Positions 34,637-44,929 of a DNA stretch of 55,115 nucleotides are shown in pieces (positions within the stretch are counted from its first letter, which is position 1; each line of letters opens with the position of its first letter). A program made the translations under genes and the position numbers. Under the pieces are notes generated by a model that saw only the letters and a list, made by a program, of their open reading frames with translations, was not told the DNA's origin and searched no databases. This stretch comes from an uncultured Methanosarcinales archaeon (lineage in GTDB: Archaea > Nanobdellota > Nanobdellia > Woesearchaeales > GW2011-AR4), in the NCBI GenBank assembly GCA_964607225.1, contig CAZSIU010000002.1:1-55115 (forward strand). The letters are read 5' to 3'.

Positions 34637-35626
34637 TCAATCTTCTTTGAGGTATTTAAACCACTCTTTTGTTGCCTCTGCAATTGTCTCCTCATCCCAC
34701 ACAGGCGTATTTTTCCAGTAACCTATATTATCAAGCATTATTTTTACACCTTCTTCAAAAGATACTTGAGGTTCCCATTTAAGAAGCTTTTTTGCTTTCG
34801 TAATGTCTGCATGGGTAGAATCTGGTTCTCCAGGTCTCTTTGGTATATTTATGGTGGGGCCGCCTATTAATTTTGCAAGATAGTTTATGGATTGGGGCTT
34901 TCCGGTCCCGATATTAATAACCTCTCCATTTATGTCTGATTCTGCTGCCATTAGGTTTGCCCTGGCAATATCAGTAACATAAGTAAAGTCTCTTGTCTGG
35001 TTACCATCGCCTACAATGGTAAGGGGTTTATTATGGATCTTTTGTGAGAGAAAAACCTTAAAGACAGCTCCATAAGTGTCATTTGATCTTGCTCTTGTTC
35101 CAAAAACGTTAAAATACCTTAAAGATATCACTGGAAGCTTGTAAATCTTCCCCCAGAAGAGCGCATATTCTTCTGCAATGTGCTTCGTAAAAGCATATGG
35201 ATGCTTTGGCCTCATTTCAGCATCTTCTAGTGTAGGGTATTTGTCCGGAATTCCGTAGGATGTTGAGGAACCGCTAAAAACAAATTTTTTGATTTTATGT
35301 TGTCTGCTTGCCTCCAAAGTCCTTATTGTTGAATTAACATTAGCGTTGTGGTACTTTAATGGTTGTCTGATAGAAGGTACTATATCCGCCAATGCTGCCA
35401 TATGGAATACGTAAGTAGCCCCATTAAAAGAGCTTTCGTCAAATTCTTGCGAAAGGTCTATCTTATGGAACTCGTAATTTGGATTGTCCTCAAAAATTTT
35501 CACATTATCATATTGCCCATTTGACATATCATCAATAGCTATAACTGCAAACCCATTTTCCAGAAGATACTCCACCATATGGCTGCCTATGAATCCTGCA
35601 CCACCGGTTACTATTGCTTTCTTCAT
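34637..35626 (-). CDS. NAD-dependent nucleotide-sugar epimerase/dehydratase (extended SDR)
   Basis: AIVTGGAGFIGSHMV, SGSSTSYG and YAFTKHIAEEY. Confidence 0.8.
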   Translation of the reverse strand: MKKAIVTGGAGFIGSHMVEYLLENGFAVIAIDDMSNGQYDNVKIFEDNPNYEFHKIDLSQEFDESSFNGATYVFHMAALADIVPSIRQPLKYHNANVNSTIRTLEASRQHKIKKFVFSGSSTSYGIPDKYPTLEDAEMRPKHPYAFTKHIAEEYALFWGKIYKLPVISLRYFNVFGTRARSNDTYGAVFKVFLSQKIHNKPLTIVGDGNQTRDFTYVTDIARANLMAAESDINGEVINIGTGKPQSINYLAKLIGGPTINIPKRPGEPDSTHADITKAKKLLKWEPQVSFEEGVKIMLDNIGYWKNTPVWDEETIAEATKEWFKYLKED

Positions 35627-35736
35627 CTTACATTATTAAACTAGCGGGATAACTTGTAATTTATAAATATTTTTATATAACTTTGTAGTCTGTCCATAAC
35701 GAAAGCTTAATAAAAATAAGTAAAATACCTGCAATC

Positions 35737-37389
35737 ATGAATTTAGTCGTAGGAGTGGACCTCGATAATACAATTGTAAGTTACGATGAGCTACTGCATA
35801 GAGTAGCTGTAGAGCATAGTCTCATAAATCGTAGTACTAGAAAGAGCAAACGGCGTATAAGGGATATTATAAGGGAACTTCCTCATGGAGATATGAAGTG
35901 GCAAAAGCTCCAGGCATTGGTTTATGGGCCTAAAATGAAAGAGGCCGAGCTAATAAAAGGTGTAAGCAAGTTTTTTAGATTGTGCAAAAAGAATGATGCA
36001 AAAGTATACATAATAAGCCACAAAACAGAGTTTGCAAGCTATGACAAAACAAAAACCAACCTTAGATCTGCTGCTATTGACTGGATGGAAAAAAACAAGT
36101 TTTTTAAAGATAAGGGATTATCGTTATCGAAGAAAGACGTCTATTTTGAAGCGACAAGAGCAGGAAAAATATCAAAAATAAAAGAGTTGAGATGTACTCA
36201 TTTCATAGATGATCTCGAGGAAACATTTCTGGAAGAAACTTTTCCAAAAGAAGTGGAAAAAATTTTATATGACCCACACCAGGGGCATAAACATTTGGTT
36301 GGAGCAAAAGTTTTTGCAAGTTGGGATGGTATAAATAAATATTTATTCAGTAAAAAGAGTGAGGTATTGCAGAAAGAGGCCATACTTTCCAGAGTGCTTG
36401 GGAAAGACATAGCTTCAATAAAGAACATAGGCGATGGCAGGAATAGTAGAGTGTATTTGCTGACATATTCTAATAACCGAAGAGTTATAGCAAAATTTTA
36501 TTTCTCGCATGAGTTTGACAAAAGAGACAGAATGAATGTGGAGTTTAATAGCTTAAAATTTTTATGGGATAATGGTGTCAGGTGCGTACCAGAACCAATA
36601 GACTGCTATAAAAATCATAATTTTGCTTTGTATAGTTATATCGAAGGTGTTAAAGTATCTAATGTGACATCCGCTGACATCCAAGTTGCATCTGGTTTCC
36701 TCAGAAAGCTTGATTCGTTGAAAAATGAAAAAAGAGCTGCTGAATTGCCTGAAGCGTCAGAAGCCTGTTTTTCAGTTGAGGACATTGCAAAAAGCATAAA
36801 TAAGAGGTACAAAAGGTTGGCATCTTTAAGAAATAACAAGAATAACAAACCGCTCCATGAATTCCTGGAAAAGGAGTTTATGCCTTCTTTTCAGGGAATT
36901 TTGCAATGGTGCAAATCAGAGATAGAAAGGCATAAAATAGGGTACTCAACAAGAATAGGAAAAAAAGATAGAACACTAAGTCCTTCTGATTTCGGTTTCC
37001 ATAATGCGTTAAGGGAAAAAAACGGCAGCATAGTATTCCTGGATTTTGAGTATTTTGGATGGGATGATCCGGCAAAAATGATGTCAGATTTCCTATTGCA
37101 CCCAGGCATGCAACTAACCGAAAAACTAAAGAAACAGTTTATAAATAATATGGCCTACCATTTTCAAGATAAAAATATAACAAAAAGGTTAGGGATTGTC
37201 TATCCTTTATTTGGCTTGAAGTGGTGCCTAATCCTCCTTAACGAATTTGTTAATGAAGATTTCTTAAGGCGTAGGTTTGCATATAATGGAAGTCTGCCTA
37301 GAAGACCTATACTCACGCAACAATTATTAAAGGCTAAACAGCTCCTCACTCAAATAAATAGGGAATTCAGTAATTTCACATTTGTCTAA
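35737..37389 (+). CDS. Fusion: HAD-like phosphatase domain :: APH/choline-kinase-fold kinase
   Basis: N-terminal VGVDLDNTIV (D-x-D-x-T). C-terminal LSPSDFGFHNAL...VFLDFEYFGWDDP matches the catalytic-loop and DFE metal-loop pattern of aminoglycoside/choline kinase-like enzymes. Confidence 0.6.
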   Translation: MNLVVGVDLDNTIVSYDELLHRVAVEHSLINRSTRKSKRRIRDIIRELPHGDMKWQKLQALVYGPKMKEAELIKGVSKFFRLCKKNDAKVYIISHKTEFASYDKTKTNLRSAAIDWMEKNKFFKDKGLSLSKKDVYFEATRAGKISKIKELRCTHFIDDLEETFLEETFPKEVEKILYDPHQGHKHLVGAKVFASWDGINKYLFSKKSEVLQKEAILSRVLGKDIASIKNIGDGRNSRVYLLTYSNNRRVIAKFYFSHEFDKRDRMNVEFNSLKFLWDNGVRCVPEPIDCYKNHNFALYSYIEGVKVSNVTSADIQVASGFLRKLDSLKNEKRAAELPEASEACFSVEDIAKSINKRYKRLASLRNNKNNKPLHEFLEKEFMPSFQGILQWCKSEIERHKIGYSTRIGKKDRTLSPSDFGFHNALREKNGSIVFLDFEYFGWDDPAKMMSDFLLHPGMQLTEKLKKQFINNMAYHFQDKNITKRLGIVYPLFGLKWCLILLNEFVNEDFLRRRFAYNGSLPRRPILTQQLLKAKQLLTQINREFSNFTFV

Positions 37390-37398
37390 GTGGTAAAA

Positions 37399-38214
37399 AT
37401 GGATACGCTAGAGTTGGATAAAAGGTCTAAAGATTTAAGGAAGACTATAATTGAAATAATGGGTTGTGGAGGAAGAGGGCACCTAGGATCTGCCTTCTCT
37501 ATAGTGGAAATATTGCGTGTACTTTATGATGATATCATGCTCTATGATGCCAAAAACCTTAAATGGAATGAAAGAGATAGGTTTATCCTAAGCAAAGGGC
37601 ATGGGTGCCTTGCGCTTTATGCAATACTTGCTGAAAAAGGATTTTTTCCAAAATCAGAATTGAAAAAGTTCTGCAAAAGCGATTCCATTCTTGGAGGCCA
37701 TCCTGAGCATAGAATACCTGGTGTAGAAGCCTCAACAGGAAGCCTTGGCCACGGCCTCTCATATGGGATAGGGTTTGCCCTTAATGCGCGCTACGAAAAA
37801 CTCAATTACAGAACCTTTGTGGTAATAGGAGATGGTGAATCCAATGAGGGTTCTATCTGGGAAGCGGCACTTTGCGCAGGAAAGCACAAGCTTAGCAACT
37901 TAACGGTTTTGGTTGATTATAACAAGTACATGACTTATGGGCAGACTTCCGAGGTGCAGGATATGGAGCCTTTTGCTGATAAATGGAGAAGCTTTAATTT
38001 CGGTGTCAAAGAAGTTGACGGGCATGATATAAATGAAATTAAAGGCGTATTGTCAAATTTACCTATTAGCAAAAATAAGCCCAATGCAATAATCTGCCAT
38101 ACCATAAAAGGCAAGGGTATTAAGTTTGCGGAAGGAAATATGGAATGGCACCATAAGAGCAGTATAGGCGAAGAGGAATTAAAGGCCCTGTATAAAGCGC
38201 TGGAGGAGTATTAA
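37399..38214 (+). CDS. Transketolase, N-terminal (ThDP-binding PP) subunit
   Basis: GHLGSAFSIVEIL, SKGHG and VIGDGESNEGSIWEA are canonical. GTG 37390 is an alternative start. Confidence 0.85.
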   Translation: MDTLELDKRSKDLRKTIIEIMGCGGRGHLGSAFSIVEILRVLYDDIMLYDAKNLKWNERDRFILSKGHGCLALYAILAEKGFFPKSELKKFCKSDSILGGHPEHRIPGVEASTGSLGHGLSYGIGFALNARYEKLNYRTFVVIGDGESNEGSIWEAALCAGKHKLSNLTVLVDYNKYMTYGQTSEVQDMEPFADKWRSFNFGVKEVDGHDINEIKGVLSNLPISKNKPNAIICHTIKGKGIKFAEGNMEWHHKSSIGEEELKALYKALEEY

Positions 38215-39137
38215 TGAGAAAGACAGCTTTGGAGATGGTCTATGAATTGGCTAAAAAAGACAAAAGAATATTCTTTATAGGCTCTGATTTAGGCGCTGGA
38301 ACTTTAAAGCAATTTAAGGAAGAGATGCCGGAAAGATTTTTTATGGAAGGTGTATCAGAACAGAATATAATAGGCATGGCTGCTGGCCTTGCGATGGAAG
38401 GAAAAATTGTTTACGTTAATACTATCTCTACTTTCATTACTAGGCGTTGTTTTGAACAGAACGTCCTGGATTTGGGCTTGCATAACGCTAATGTAAGGTT
38501 AATTGGGAATGGTGGTGGCTTAGTGTATGCTCCTCTTGGACCTACTCATGACGCGATTGAGGATATAGCCATTATGAGGACAATTCCTAATATGACTATT
38601 GTTGCTCCTGCAGATGCGGATGAAATGCGAAGATTTATGCCGCAGAGTGTAAATTATAAAGGTCCCATATATATCAGGCTCGCAAAAGGAAATGATCCTA
38701 TTGTGACAAACGACAAGGTTCCATTTAAGATAGGAAAAGCAATACCTATGCGGGAAGGTTCGGATGCTTTAGTAATTACAACTGGAATCACTCTTAAGCT
38801 TGCTCTGGAAGCAGCGGACATACTTAAGAAAGAGAGTATGGATTTAGCGGTGCTTCATGTCCCGACTATTAAGCCTTTAGACAGGAAGAGTATCATTGAA
38901 TATGCCAAAAAAGTGCCTGCCATCGTTACTATTGAAGAGCACACATTGATTGGAGGCCTCGGAAGCGCTGTGGCCGAAATCATTGCAGAAACAGACTTTA
39001 ATTCAAGTAAACGCTTTAAACGTATTGGAATTCCGGATGTTTTTCCTGATGAATATGGGTCCCAAGCTAGTCTTATGGAGAAATACTCAATATCTACAGA
39101 ACAACTGTTGATTGAAATAAAAAATTTAATAAAATGA
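38214..39137 (+). CDS. Transketolase, C-terminal (Pyr + C-terminal domain) subunit
   Basis: FFMEGVSEQNIIGMAAGLA and GPTHDAIEDIAIMR. ATGA overlap with the N-terminal subunit. Confidence 0.85.
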   Translation: MRKTALEMVYELAKKDKRIFFIGSDLGAGTLKQFKEEMPERFFMEGVSEQNIIGMAAGLAMEGKIVYVNTISTFITRRCFEQNVLDLGLHNANVRLIGNGGGLVYAPLGPTHDAIEDIAIMRTIPNMTIVAPADADEMRRFMPQSVNYKGPIYIRLAKGNDPIVTNDKVPFKIGKAIPMREGSDALVITTGITLKLALEAADILKKESMDLAVLHVPTIKPLDRKSIIEYAKKVPAIVTIEEHTLIGGLGSAVAEIIAETDFNSSKRFKRIGIPDVFPDEYGSQASLMEKYSISTEQLLIEIKNLIK

Positions 39138-39174
39138 GGATAATTATCATGCTTTAATAGGAGGTTTTAAGAAT

Positions 39175-39837
39175 ATGGGAAGATTGCTAGAAGTTATAAC
39201 TCCATTGCATAAAAAGACTAAGAGAGATTATATTGGGAGAATGAATGATGATAAGATAGAGTGTTCCAAAGTGGCAAGGAAATACGGCCAGGAATACTGG
39301 GACGGCGACAGAAGATACGGTTATGGTGGATATAAGTACGACGGCAGGCAATCTGCGATAGCAAAAAGGCTTATTGAAATTTATAATCTGCCGGAAAATG
39401 CAAAAATATTGGATGTTGGATGCGGAAAAGGGTATTTATTGTATGAATTCAGGAAGCTTCTCCCAAAAGCTAAAGTGATTGGTTTTGACATTTCTGAATA
39501 TGCAATCCAAAATGCAAAAGAAGAGGTAAAGGATAACCTTTTTGTAGCAAGAGCCCAGGATCCATTTAAATTCGGAGATAAAGAGTTTGATTTAGTGGTC
39601 TCAATAACAACATTACATAACCTCAAAATTGATGAGCTCACACCTGCATTAAAAGAGATTGAAAGAGTTGGGAAAAACAAGTATATTGCCGTGGAAAGTT
39701 ATAGAAATGTTGCGGAATTATTTAATTTACAGTGCTGGGCATTGACTGCTGAAGCCTTTTTTACCAATGAAGAATGGGCATGGCTGTTTGATCATTTTGG
39801 CTATACCGGCGATTATGAGTTTATATATTTTGAATAG
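39175..39837 (+). CDS. Class I SAM-dependent methyltransferase
   Basis: ILDVGCGKGYLL motif I. The N-terminal YWDGDRRYGYGGYKYDGR segment is seen in polysaccharide-locus methyltransferases. Confidence 0.8.
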   Translation: MGRLLEVITPLHKKTKRDYIGRMNDDKIECSKVARKYGQEYWDGDRRYGYGGYKYDGRQSAIAKRLIEIYNLPENAKILDVGCGKGYLLYEFRKLLPKAKVIGFDISEYAIQNAKEEVKDNLFVARAQDPFKFGDKEFDLVVSITTLHNLKIDELTPALKEIERVGKNKYIAVESYRNVAELFNLQCWALTAEAFFTNEEWAWLFDHFGYTGDYEFIYFE

Positions 39838-40872
39838 ATGTCTACAATGAAAGCGGCAATCCTTGTAAAACAAAACTCCCCACTCATTATTGATGAGGTT
39901 GGACTTCCTAAAGATTTGGTGTATGGCCAGGTTCTTGTTAAAATAAAGTATAGCGGCATATGCGGAGCACAGCTAAATGAAATTGACGGTGCAAAAGGTC
40001 CGGACAACTTTCTGCCCCATCTTCTTGGGCATGAAGGCTCTGGAGTAGTCGAAAAAATAGGACAAGGTGTAACTAATGTCAAGCCTAATGACCACGTTGT
40101 GCTGCATTGGAGAAAAGGGAATGGCATACAATCAGCAACACCAAAATACAAATGGGGAAGCAAAACAGTAAATGCAGGATGGGTGACTACTTTTAATGAG
40201 TATGCTGTAGTTTCTGAAAATAGGATTACCACTATTCCAAAAAAAATTGATTTAAAAATTGGGCCTTTGTATGGTTGCGCGATAACTACCGGTTACGGGG
40301 TTGTGCATAACGATGCAGACTTAAAGGGCGGTCAGTCTATTGCTGTATTTGGAGCTGGAGGAGCTGGCACCGCTATTGTTCTTGCTGCTTCATTGGCATC
40401 TGCTTACCCTATTATAGCCATAGACATCAATGATTTTAAGCTGGAAAAGGCAAAAGAATTCGGAGCAACACATATGATCAATTCTCTTAAAGAAGACCCA
40501 AGTAAGAAAATCAAGGAATATGTCCCAGAAGGTGTCGATGCTGCTGTTGACACTACAGGCATCAAAAAAATAAGGGAGCTGGCATATGAATTAACCAATA
40601 AAGAAGGGACGACAGTCCTTGTCGGTGTTCCAAAAAAAGGCGATAAAATGTGCATAGATTCGTTTCCATTGCATTTTACCAAAAAAATAACTGGCTCGCA
40701 TGGAGGCTCAAGCAATCCTTCTTACGACATACCAAGACTAATCAGATTGCAGGAATCTGGAAGATTTAACTTGGAGAAAATGATCACCAAGACATATGCT
40801 TTAGATGATATTAACGATGCTATCGAGGAAGTGCGCACTGGAGATGTGATTAGATGCATGATTAAATTGTAA
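39838..40872 (+). CDS. Zn-dependent medium-chain alcohol/sugar dehydrogenase
   Basis: GICGAQLNE, GHEGSGVVEKIG and the GAGGAGTAIV Rossmann motif. Confidence 0.8.
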   Translation: MSTMKAAILVKQNSPLIIDEVGLPKDLVYGQVLVKIKYSGICGAQLNEIDGAKGPDNFLPHLLGHEGSGVVEKIGQGVTNVKPNDHVVLHWRKGNGIQSATPKYKWGSKTVNAGWVTTFNEYAVVSENRITTIPKKIDLKIGPLYGCAITTGYGVVHNDADLKGGQSIAVFGAGGAGTAIVLAASLASAYPIIAIDINDFKLEKAKEFGATHMINSLKEDPSKKIKEYVPEGVDAAVDTTGIKKIRELAYELTNKEGTTVLVGVPKKGDKMCIDSFPLHFTKKITGSHGGSSNPSYDIPRLIRLQESGRFNLEKMITKTYALDDINDAIEEVRTGDVIRCMIKL

Positions 40873-40877
40873 TACCT

Positions 40878-41603
40878 TTAAAATATTAATTTTTGTTTTA
40901 TGATTTTTCCAGGGACACCTACTACTGTAACATTATCGGGAACATCTTCAATTATTACCGAGCCGGCTCCAATAATAGAGTTTTCTCCAATCTTTATTCT
41001 GTTTATAATGGTGGCGCCAGTATGGACTCTTGTAAAACGACCTACGGTAACATTTCCTGCACACACCACGCCTGGGTCAATTGTTGCACAATCTTTTATT
41101 ACATTCTGATGGTCTATTTGAGCGTTAATATTAAGAATTACTCCAGGATATAACTCAGCTCGATAACCAACATAGGCTTTAGCGTGAAGAATTATATTAT
41201 CATGAAGTATGGCATCTTCCATTATAACAGCTGTTGGATGAATAGCATTAATTAACTCCATTCCAAATTTTCTTGCATAATTAATTTGTTTAAAGCGTTG
41301 ATATGCATCATCTGTTGTAATAAGAACTTTATTGATGTCTAACTCTTGTAAAATTTTAACCCAATTTGATGAATTTATCAGAGATTTGTCTTTAAAAGTA
41401 TTTTTGGTAGGATAGGAAAATTGAGTTGCATCCCTTTTAATCGTCTTTGGATTTATTTTAATAGCTTCATCACTAGGATTTACAAAACAAGCTATATGGT
41501 ACTTTCCTGATTTTTCAATCCAGGAATGAATTTGTCCTGCTCCCCCTTCTTGCCATCCAATAATGGCAATTGAGTTTTTTTTAACCTTTATATTAAATTT
41601 CAT
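40878..41603 (-). CDS. NeuD/PglD-type sugar N-acyltransferase (left-handed beta-helix)
   Basis: N-terminal Rossmann-like IAIIGWQEGGAGQ, with C-terminal hexapeptide repeats (IDPGVVCAGNVTVGRFTRVHTGATIINRIKIGENSIIGAGSVI). Confidence 0.65.
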   Translation of the reverse strand: MKFNIKVKKNSIAIIGWQEGGAGQIHSWIEKSGKYHIACFVNPSDEAIKINPKTIKRDATQFSYPTKNTFKDKSLINSSNWVKILQELDINKVLITTDDAYQRFKQINYARKFGMELINAIHPTAVIMEDAILHDNIILHAKAYVGYRAELYPGVILNINAQIDHQNVIKDCATIDPGVVCAGNVTVGRFTRVHTGATIINRIKIGENSIIGAGSVIIEDVPDNVTVVGVPGKIIKQKLIF

Positions 41604-41613
41604 TTTTATCTGC

Positions 41614-42705
41614 TCAAAATGATTTTAAAGCCTGTATAACTCTCTCGATATTTTCAAGCGGTTGGTCGGGTCCGCATGGTAAATAAAGACCATGTTCACA
41701 AAATACATCTGAATTAGGAAACTTATCAGTACTTTTTAGATAAGGTGCTGAATTGAGATTAGGCAATGAGGGTCTTGTTTCGATGCCCTCAGATTTTAGG
41801 AAGTCTGCCAGCTTGGTCCGCTCTTTGCATAATACCTCGACATATTGTGCAACTTCCCCATCTCTGACTCTTACCGGTACCATTTTAATGTAAGGTAGCT
41901 TTTCAACAGCCTTTGCATATGTCTCATAAATTTTGTTTGCATTATTAATTTTATTTTTCGCCTTAGATAACTGCACCAGCCCAATAGATGCGAGTATGTC
42001 ATTAAATTTGAAGTTACAGCCGACAAGTCTATAGACAGGATTTATATTGTCCCCTGCTCCATGCCATCTTATTAGTTTTAGCTTTTCATAAATCTCCTTG
42101 TCTTTAGTTACTACTATGCCACCTTGGGCAGTCGATATAAGCTTAGTTATGGCAAGGGAAAAGCATCCAGCATCTGATTGTGTTCCAAGATATCCCCTCT
42201 TATTTTTTGAGAACAAAGCTTGGCATGCATCTTCAATTATATTTAAGTCGTGCTCTTCTGCTATTTTTTGCATATCCTCCATATCTGCTGATGCGCCATT
42301 AAGGTGTACAGGTATTATAGCTTTTGTTTTCTTAGTGATTTTCTCTCTGATTTGCGAAGTATCTAAAAGCGGAGCATCTGGTTTGACATCCACAAGTATG
42401 ACTTTTGCCCCAAGCAATAATGGTGCATTTGCGGTTGCAATCCAAGTTCTGTTAGGAATAATGACTTCATCATCTTTGCCTATGCCTAAGGCCATTATTG
42501 ACATCAGGAGTGAAACACTGCCGCTTGTTGTAGCTATAGCATAGGGAACATCAAGGGATTTTGCTACCGCATTTTCGAATTCTTCTGTTACTGACCCCAT
42601 GCTTACATGCTCTTTAAGCAGTGAATCTCTTATTTTCTTAAGTTCTTCCTCACCGAATAAAATTCTCCACCATGGTATTTTAATGTTGTTTTCCATCTTT
42701 AACAT
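41614..42705 (-). CDS. DegT/DnrJ/EryC1/StrS-family PLP-dependent sugar aminotransferase
   Basis: 363 aa. FSLAITKLISTAQGG contains the PLP lysine. The D/E-A-C-Q motif is IIEDACQAL. Confidence 0.85.
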   Translation of the reverse strand: MLKMENNIKIPWWRILFGEEELKKIRDSLLKEHVSMGSVTEEFENAVAKSLDVPYAIATTSGSVSLLMSIMALGIGKDDEVIIPNRTWIATANAPLLLGAKVILVDVKPDAPLLDTSQIREKITKKTKAIIPVHLNGASADMEDMQKIAEEHDLNIIEDACQALFSKNKRGYLGTQSDAGCFSLAITKLISTAQGGIVVTKDKEIYEKLKLIRWHGAGDNINPVYRLVGCNFKFNDILASIGLVQLSKAKNKINNANKIYETYAKAVEKLPYIKMVPVRVRDGEVAQYVEVLCKERTKLADFLKSEGIETRPSLPNLNSAPYLKSTDKFPNSDVFCEHGLYLPCGPDQPLENIERVIQALKSF

Positions 42706-42712
42706 ATAAAAT

Positions 42713-43957
42713 CTATATCACCTCAATCTTAGGGAGAAATTTAATGAAATGGCCTCCCTGCTCAAGATAAGCTTTGTGTTTGTTTATAATAGGCTCTGCA
42801 TACTGCCAGGCAAATATTATTACGTAATCGGGCTTTTTGTCATACAAGTTTTGCGGATTTAGTACAGGAATATGCAATCCCGGACTGTATAAATTATGTC
42901 TAGATTGGTTATCGTCCACTAGGAAATCTACAATTTTGCTATCAAGCCCGAAATAATAGAGTATTGTAGTAACACCTACTGAAGCCCCGTAACCTGCAAT
43001 CGTTTTTCCTTTTTTCTTTAAATTTGTAAGTAAGCTTAATAGCTCTCTTTTTAGTTTAGTGAGTCTTTCTGAAAACAGCGCAAAAGTGTCTGCCTTTTGG
43101 ATTCCAAGAGCTTCTTCCTTATCAATCATTTTGGTAACAGAGTCTGAGACTTTTCTTGGACCATTAGCAAGCTGCACGAATCCTCTTAACGATCCTCCTT
43201 TGGTAGGGACTAGTTTTATATCTATCAGTTCCATTTCATTATTGGCAAAAAAATTCTTTAGATCTTTTACAGAAAAGTAAGTTATATGCTCATGGTATAT
43301 GTTGTCAAAAATAGTGTTTTCTATCAAGCTTGACACATAACCAGTCTCAAATACAACTACACCATCTGGCTTAAGCAAGTGCCGTATGCCTTTTATAACA
43401 TCTTGCAGATCATCAATATTTGCCAGTACATTATTTGCAATTACTATAGATGCTTGTCCATATTCTTTGACTATTTTTTCAGCTAGTTTAGAATCAAAAA
43501 AACTGGCCAGCGTATTTACTCCAGATTTATTAGCTATTTGGGCTATTTTTTTTGCAGGATCTATACCGAGCACCTGCAACCCTCTTTCCTTAAAAAACTT
43601 CAATAAAGATCCGTCGTTACTGCCAATTTCAACTACAAGGGATTTTTCAGGAAGATTTATTTTATTAATCACAGACTCTGCATATTTTTCAAAATGTTTG
43701 ACCAGTCCAAGAGAATCTGAGGAATGATAGATATAATCCATATACACAAGCTCTGGATCAACTACATCAATTATTTGTAAGAGGCCACAGCTATTACACA
43801 AATAGAGCTTAATAGGATGCAACTCTTGCTTATTATTTAGTTTCTCAGCAGGAATATAAGCATCACCTACTGGTGTGGACTCAAGCTGCAAGACTAATCT
43901 AAGGTCACCACTACTACAAAGCCTGCAATTAGTTCGCGAATATTTTTTTTTACTCAT
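42713..43957 (-). CDS. NDP-hexose C-methyltransferase (TylCIII-like: Zn ribbon + class I MT + C-terminal domain)
   Basis: CRLCSSGDL...CNSCGLLQI, VVEIGSNDGSLL and C-terminal AGYGASVGVTT...VDDNQSRHNLYSPG. Confidence 0.75.
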   Translation of the reverse strand: MSKKKYSRTNCRLCSSGDLRLVLQLESTPVGDAYIPAEKLNNKQELHPIKLYLCNSCGLLQIIDVVDPELVYMDYIYHSSDSLGLVKHFEKYAESVINKINLPEKSLVVEIGSNDGSLLKFFKERGLQVLGIDPAKKIAQIANKSGVNTLASFFDSKLAEKIVKEYGQASIVIANNVLANIDDLQDVIKGIRHLLKPDGVVVFETGYVSSLIENTIFDNIYHEHITYFSVKDLKNFFANNEMELIDIKLVPTKGGSLRGFVQLANGPRKVSDSVTKMIDKEEALGIQKADTFALFSERLTKLKRELLSLLTNLKKKGKTIAGYGASVGVTTILYYFGLDSKIVDFLVDDNQSRHNLYSPGLHIPVLNPQNLYDKKPDYVIIFAWQYAEPIINKHKAYLEQGGHFIKFLPKIEVI

Positions 43958-44738
43958 CAGGACTTTTACTTGGCTCTCTTGTTACCTTAAGATCATTTAG
44001 GGATGAAAGTTTGCGCGCTAGGGACTCGTGCCCTCTTAGAGATATGCCACCATCCACAACAAGATTTGTGCCGGTAATAAAGGATGCTTTTGCACTAGAA
44101 AGAAATATTGCAACATTAGCAATATCCTCTGATGTACCCATCCTATTAAGAGGTGAGAGGCTCTTGTAAAGATTATATAGCTTTTCATTCTTAAGATAAA
44201 AGTCTTTTGATTCATCTTTTAGAATAGTACCAGAAGAAATACAATTGAATCTTATCCCTCTTGGGCCCAGCTTAACAGCATAATACCTTATCATTTGGTT
44301 AATGCATGCTTTTCCAACATGATAGCTTAAAGGCTGTTCCTCAGCAATTAAGTAGCTTGCAATAGAACTAATAATGACAATTGAGCCGCCTTCATCAGTA
44401 AATTTGTCAGCTAAATAATCAATTATATTTTTTGTTGCTGTCAAACTCAGTTGCAGCTCTCCTGCCCAATTATCATCATGGCCTCTGTAGCGATGAGAGA
44501 AAACTATATTATTCAATTTTCCGTTTTTGTTTATAATTTCATCCAGGACATTTGGAATAGAATCCAGATTTGATAAGTCTGTTGCCCAGTAGTGGACATT
44601 TGAAATATTTGAGTCTGGTTTTGATGGAGCTCTTAGCCCAATAACCGAAACTACATGGCCTTTTTTAGACATACCTTTTACTATTGCGCGTCCAATCCCC
44701 CTAGTACCCCCTATAACAAGAGAATGTTTTTTTTTCAT
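43950..44738 (-). CDS. Classical short-chain dehydrogenase/reductase, paralog of 32809-33564
   Basis: VIGGTRGIGRAIV, YHVGKACINQM and NRMGTSEDIANV...ITGTNLVVDGG. ATG 44738 (MKKKHSL) is preferred over 44780. Confidence 0.8.
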   Translation of the reverse strand: MKKKHSLVIGGTRGIGRAIVKGMSKKGHVVSVIGLRAPSKPDSNISNVHYWATDLSNLDSIPNVLDEIINKNGKLNNIVFSHRYRGHDDNWAGELQLSLTATKNIIDYLADKFTDEGGSIVIISSIASYLIAEEQPLSYHVGKACINQMIRYYAVKLGPRGIRFNCISSGTILKDESKDFYLKNEKLYNLYKSLSPLNRMGTSEDIANVAIFLSSAKASFITGTNLVVDGGISLRGHESLARKLSSLNDLKVTREPSKSPDE

Positions 44739-44929
44739 GATAATTTCAAAATTGATTGGGATTACCCAATTATACATCAACTATATATTCGATGTTGTCA
44801 CTACGCACGATTAGAAATATATTTATAAAAGTTTGCTTTTTAAATTCCTTTTGATATTTTCAATCTTAACGATTAATTGTTAGCAAAAAATCAGTTAAAT
44901 TTAAAAATTAACGAATATTAGTTTTCGAA

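Noticed and set aside
39381-40715. Antisense ORFs 39381-39680, 39813-40232 and 40404-40715 overlapping the methyltransferase and Zn-ADH genes.
   Set aside because: Same reasoning: these are shadow frames of well-supported sense genes, with no recognisable motifs.
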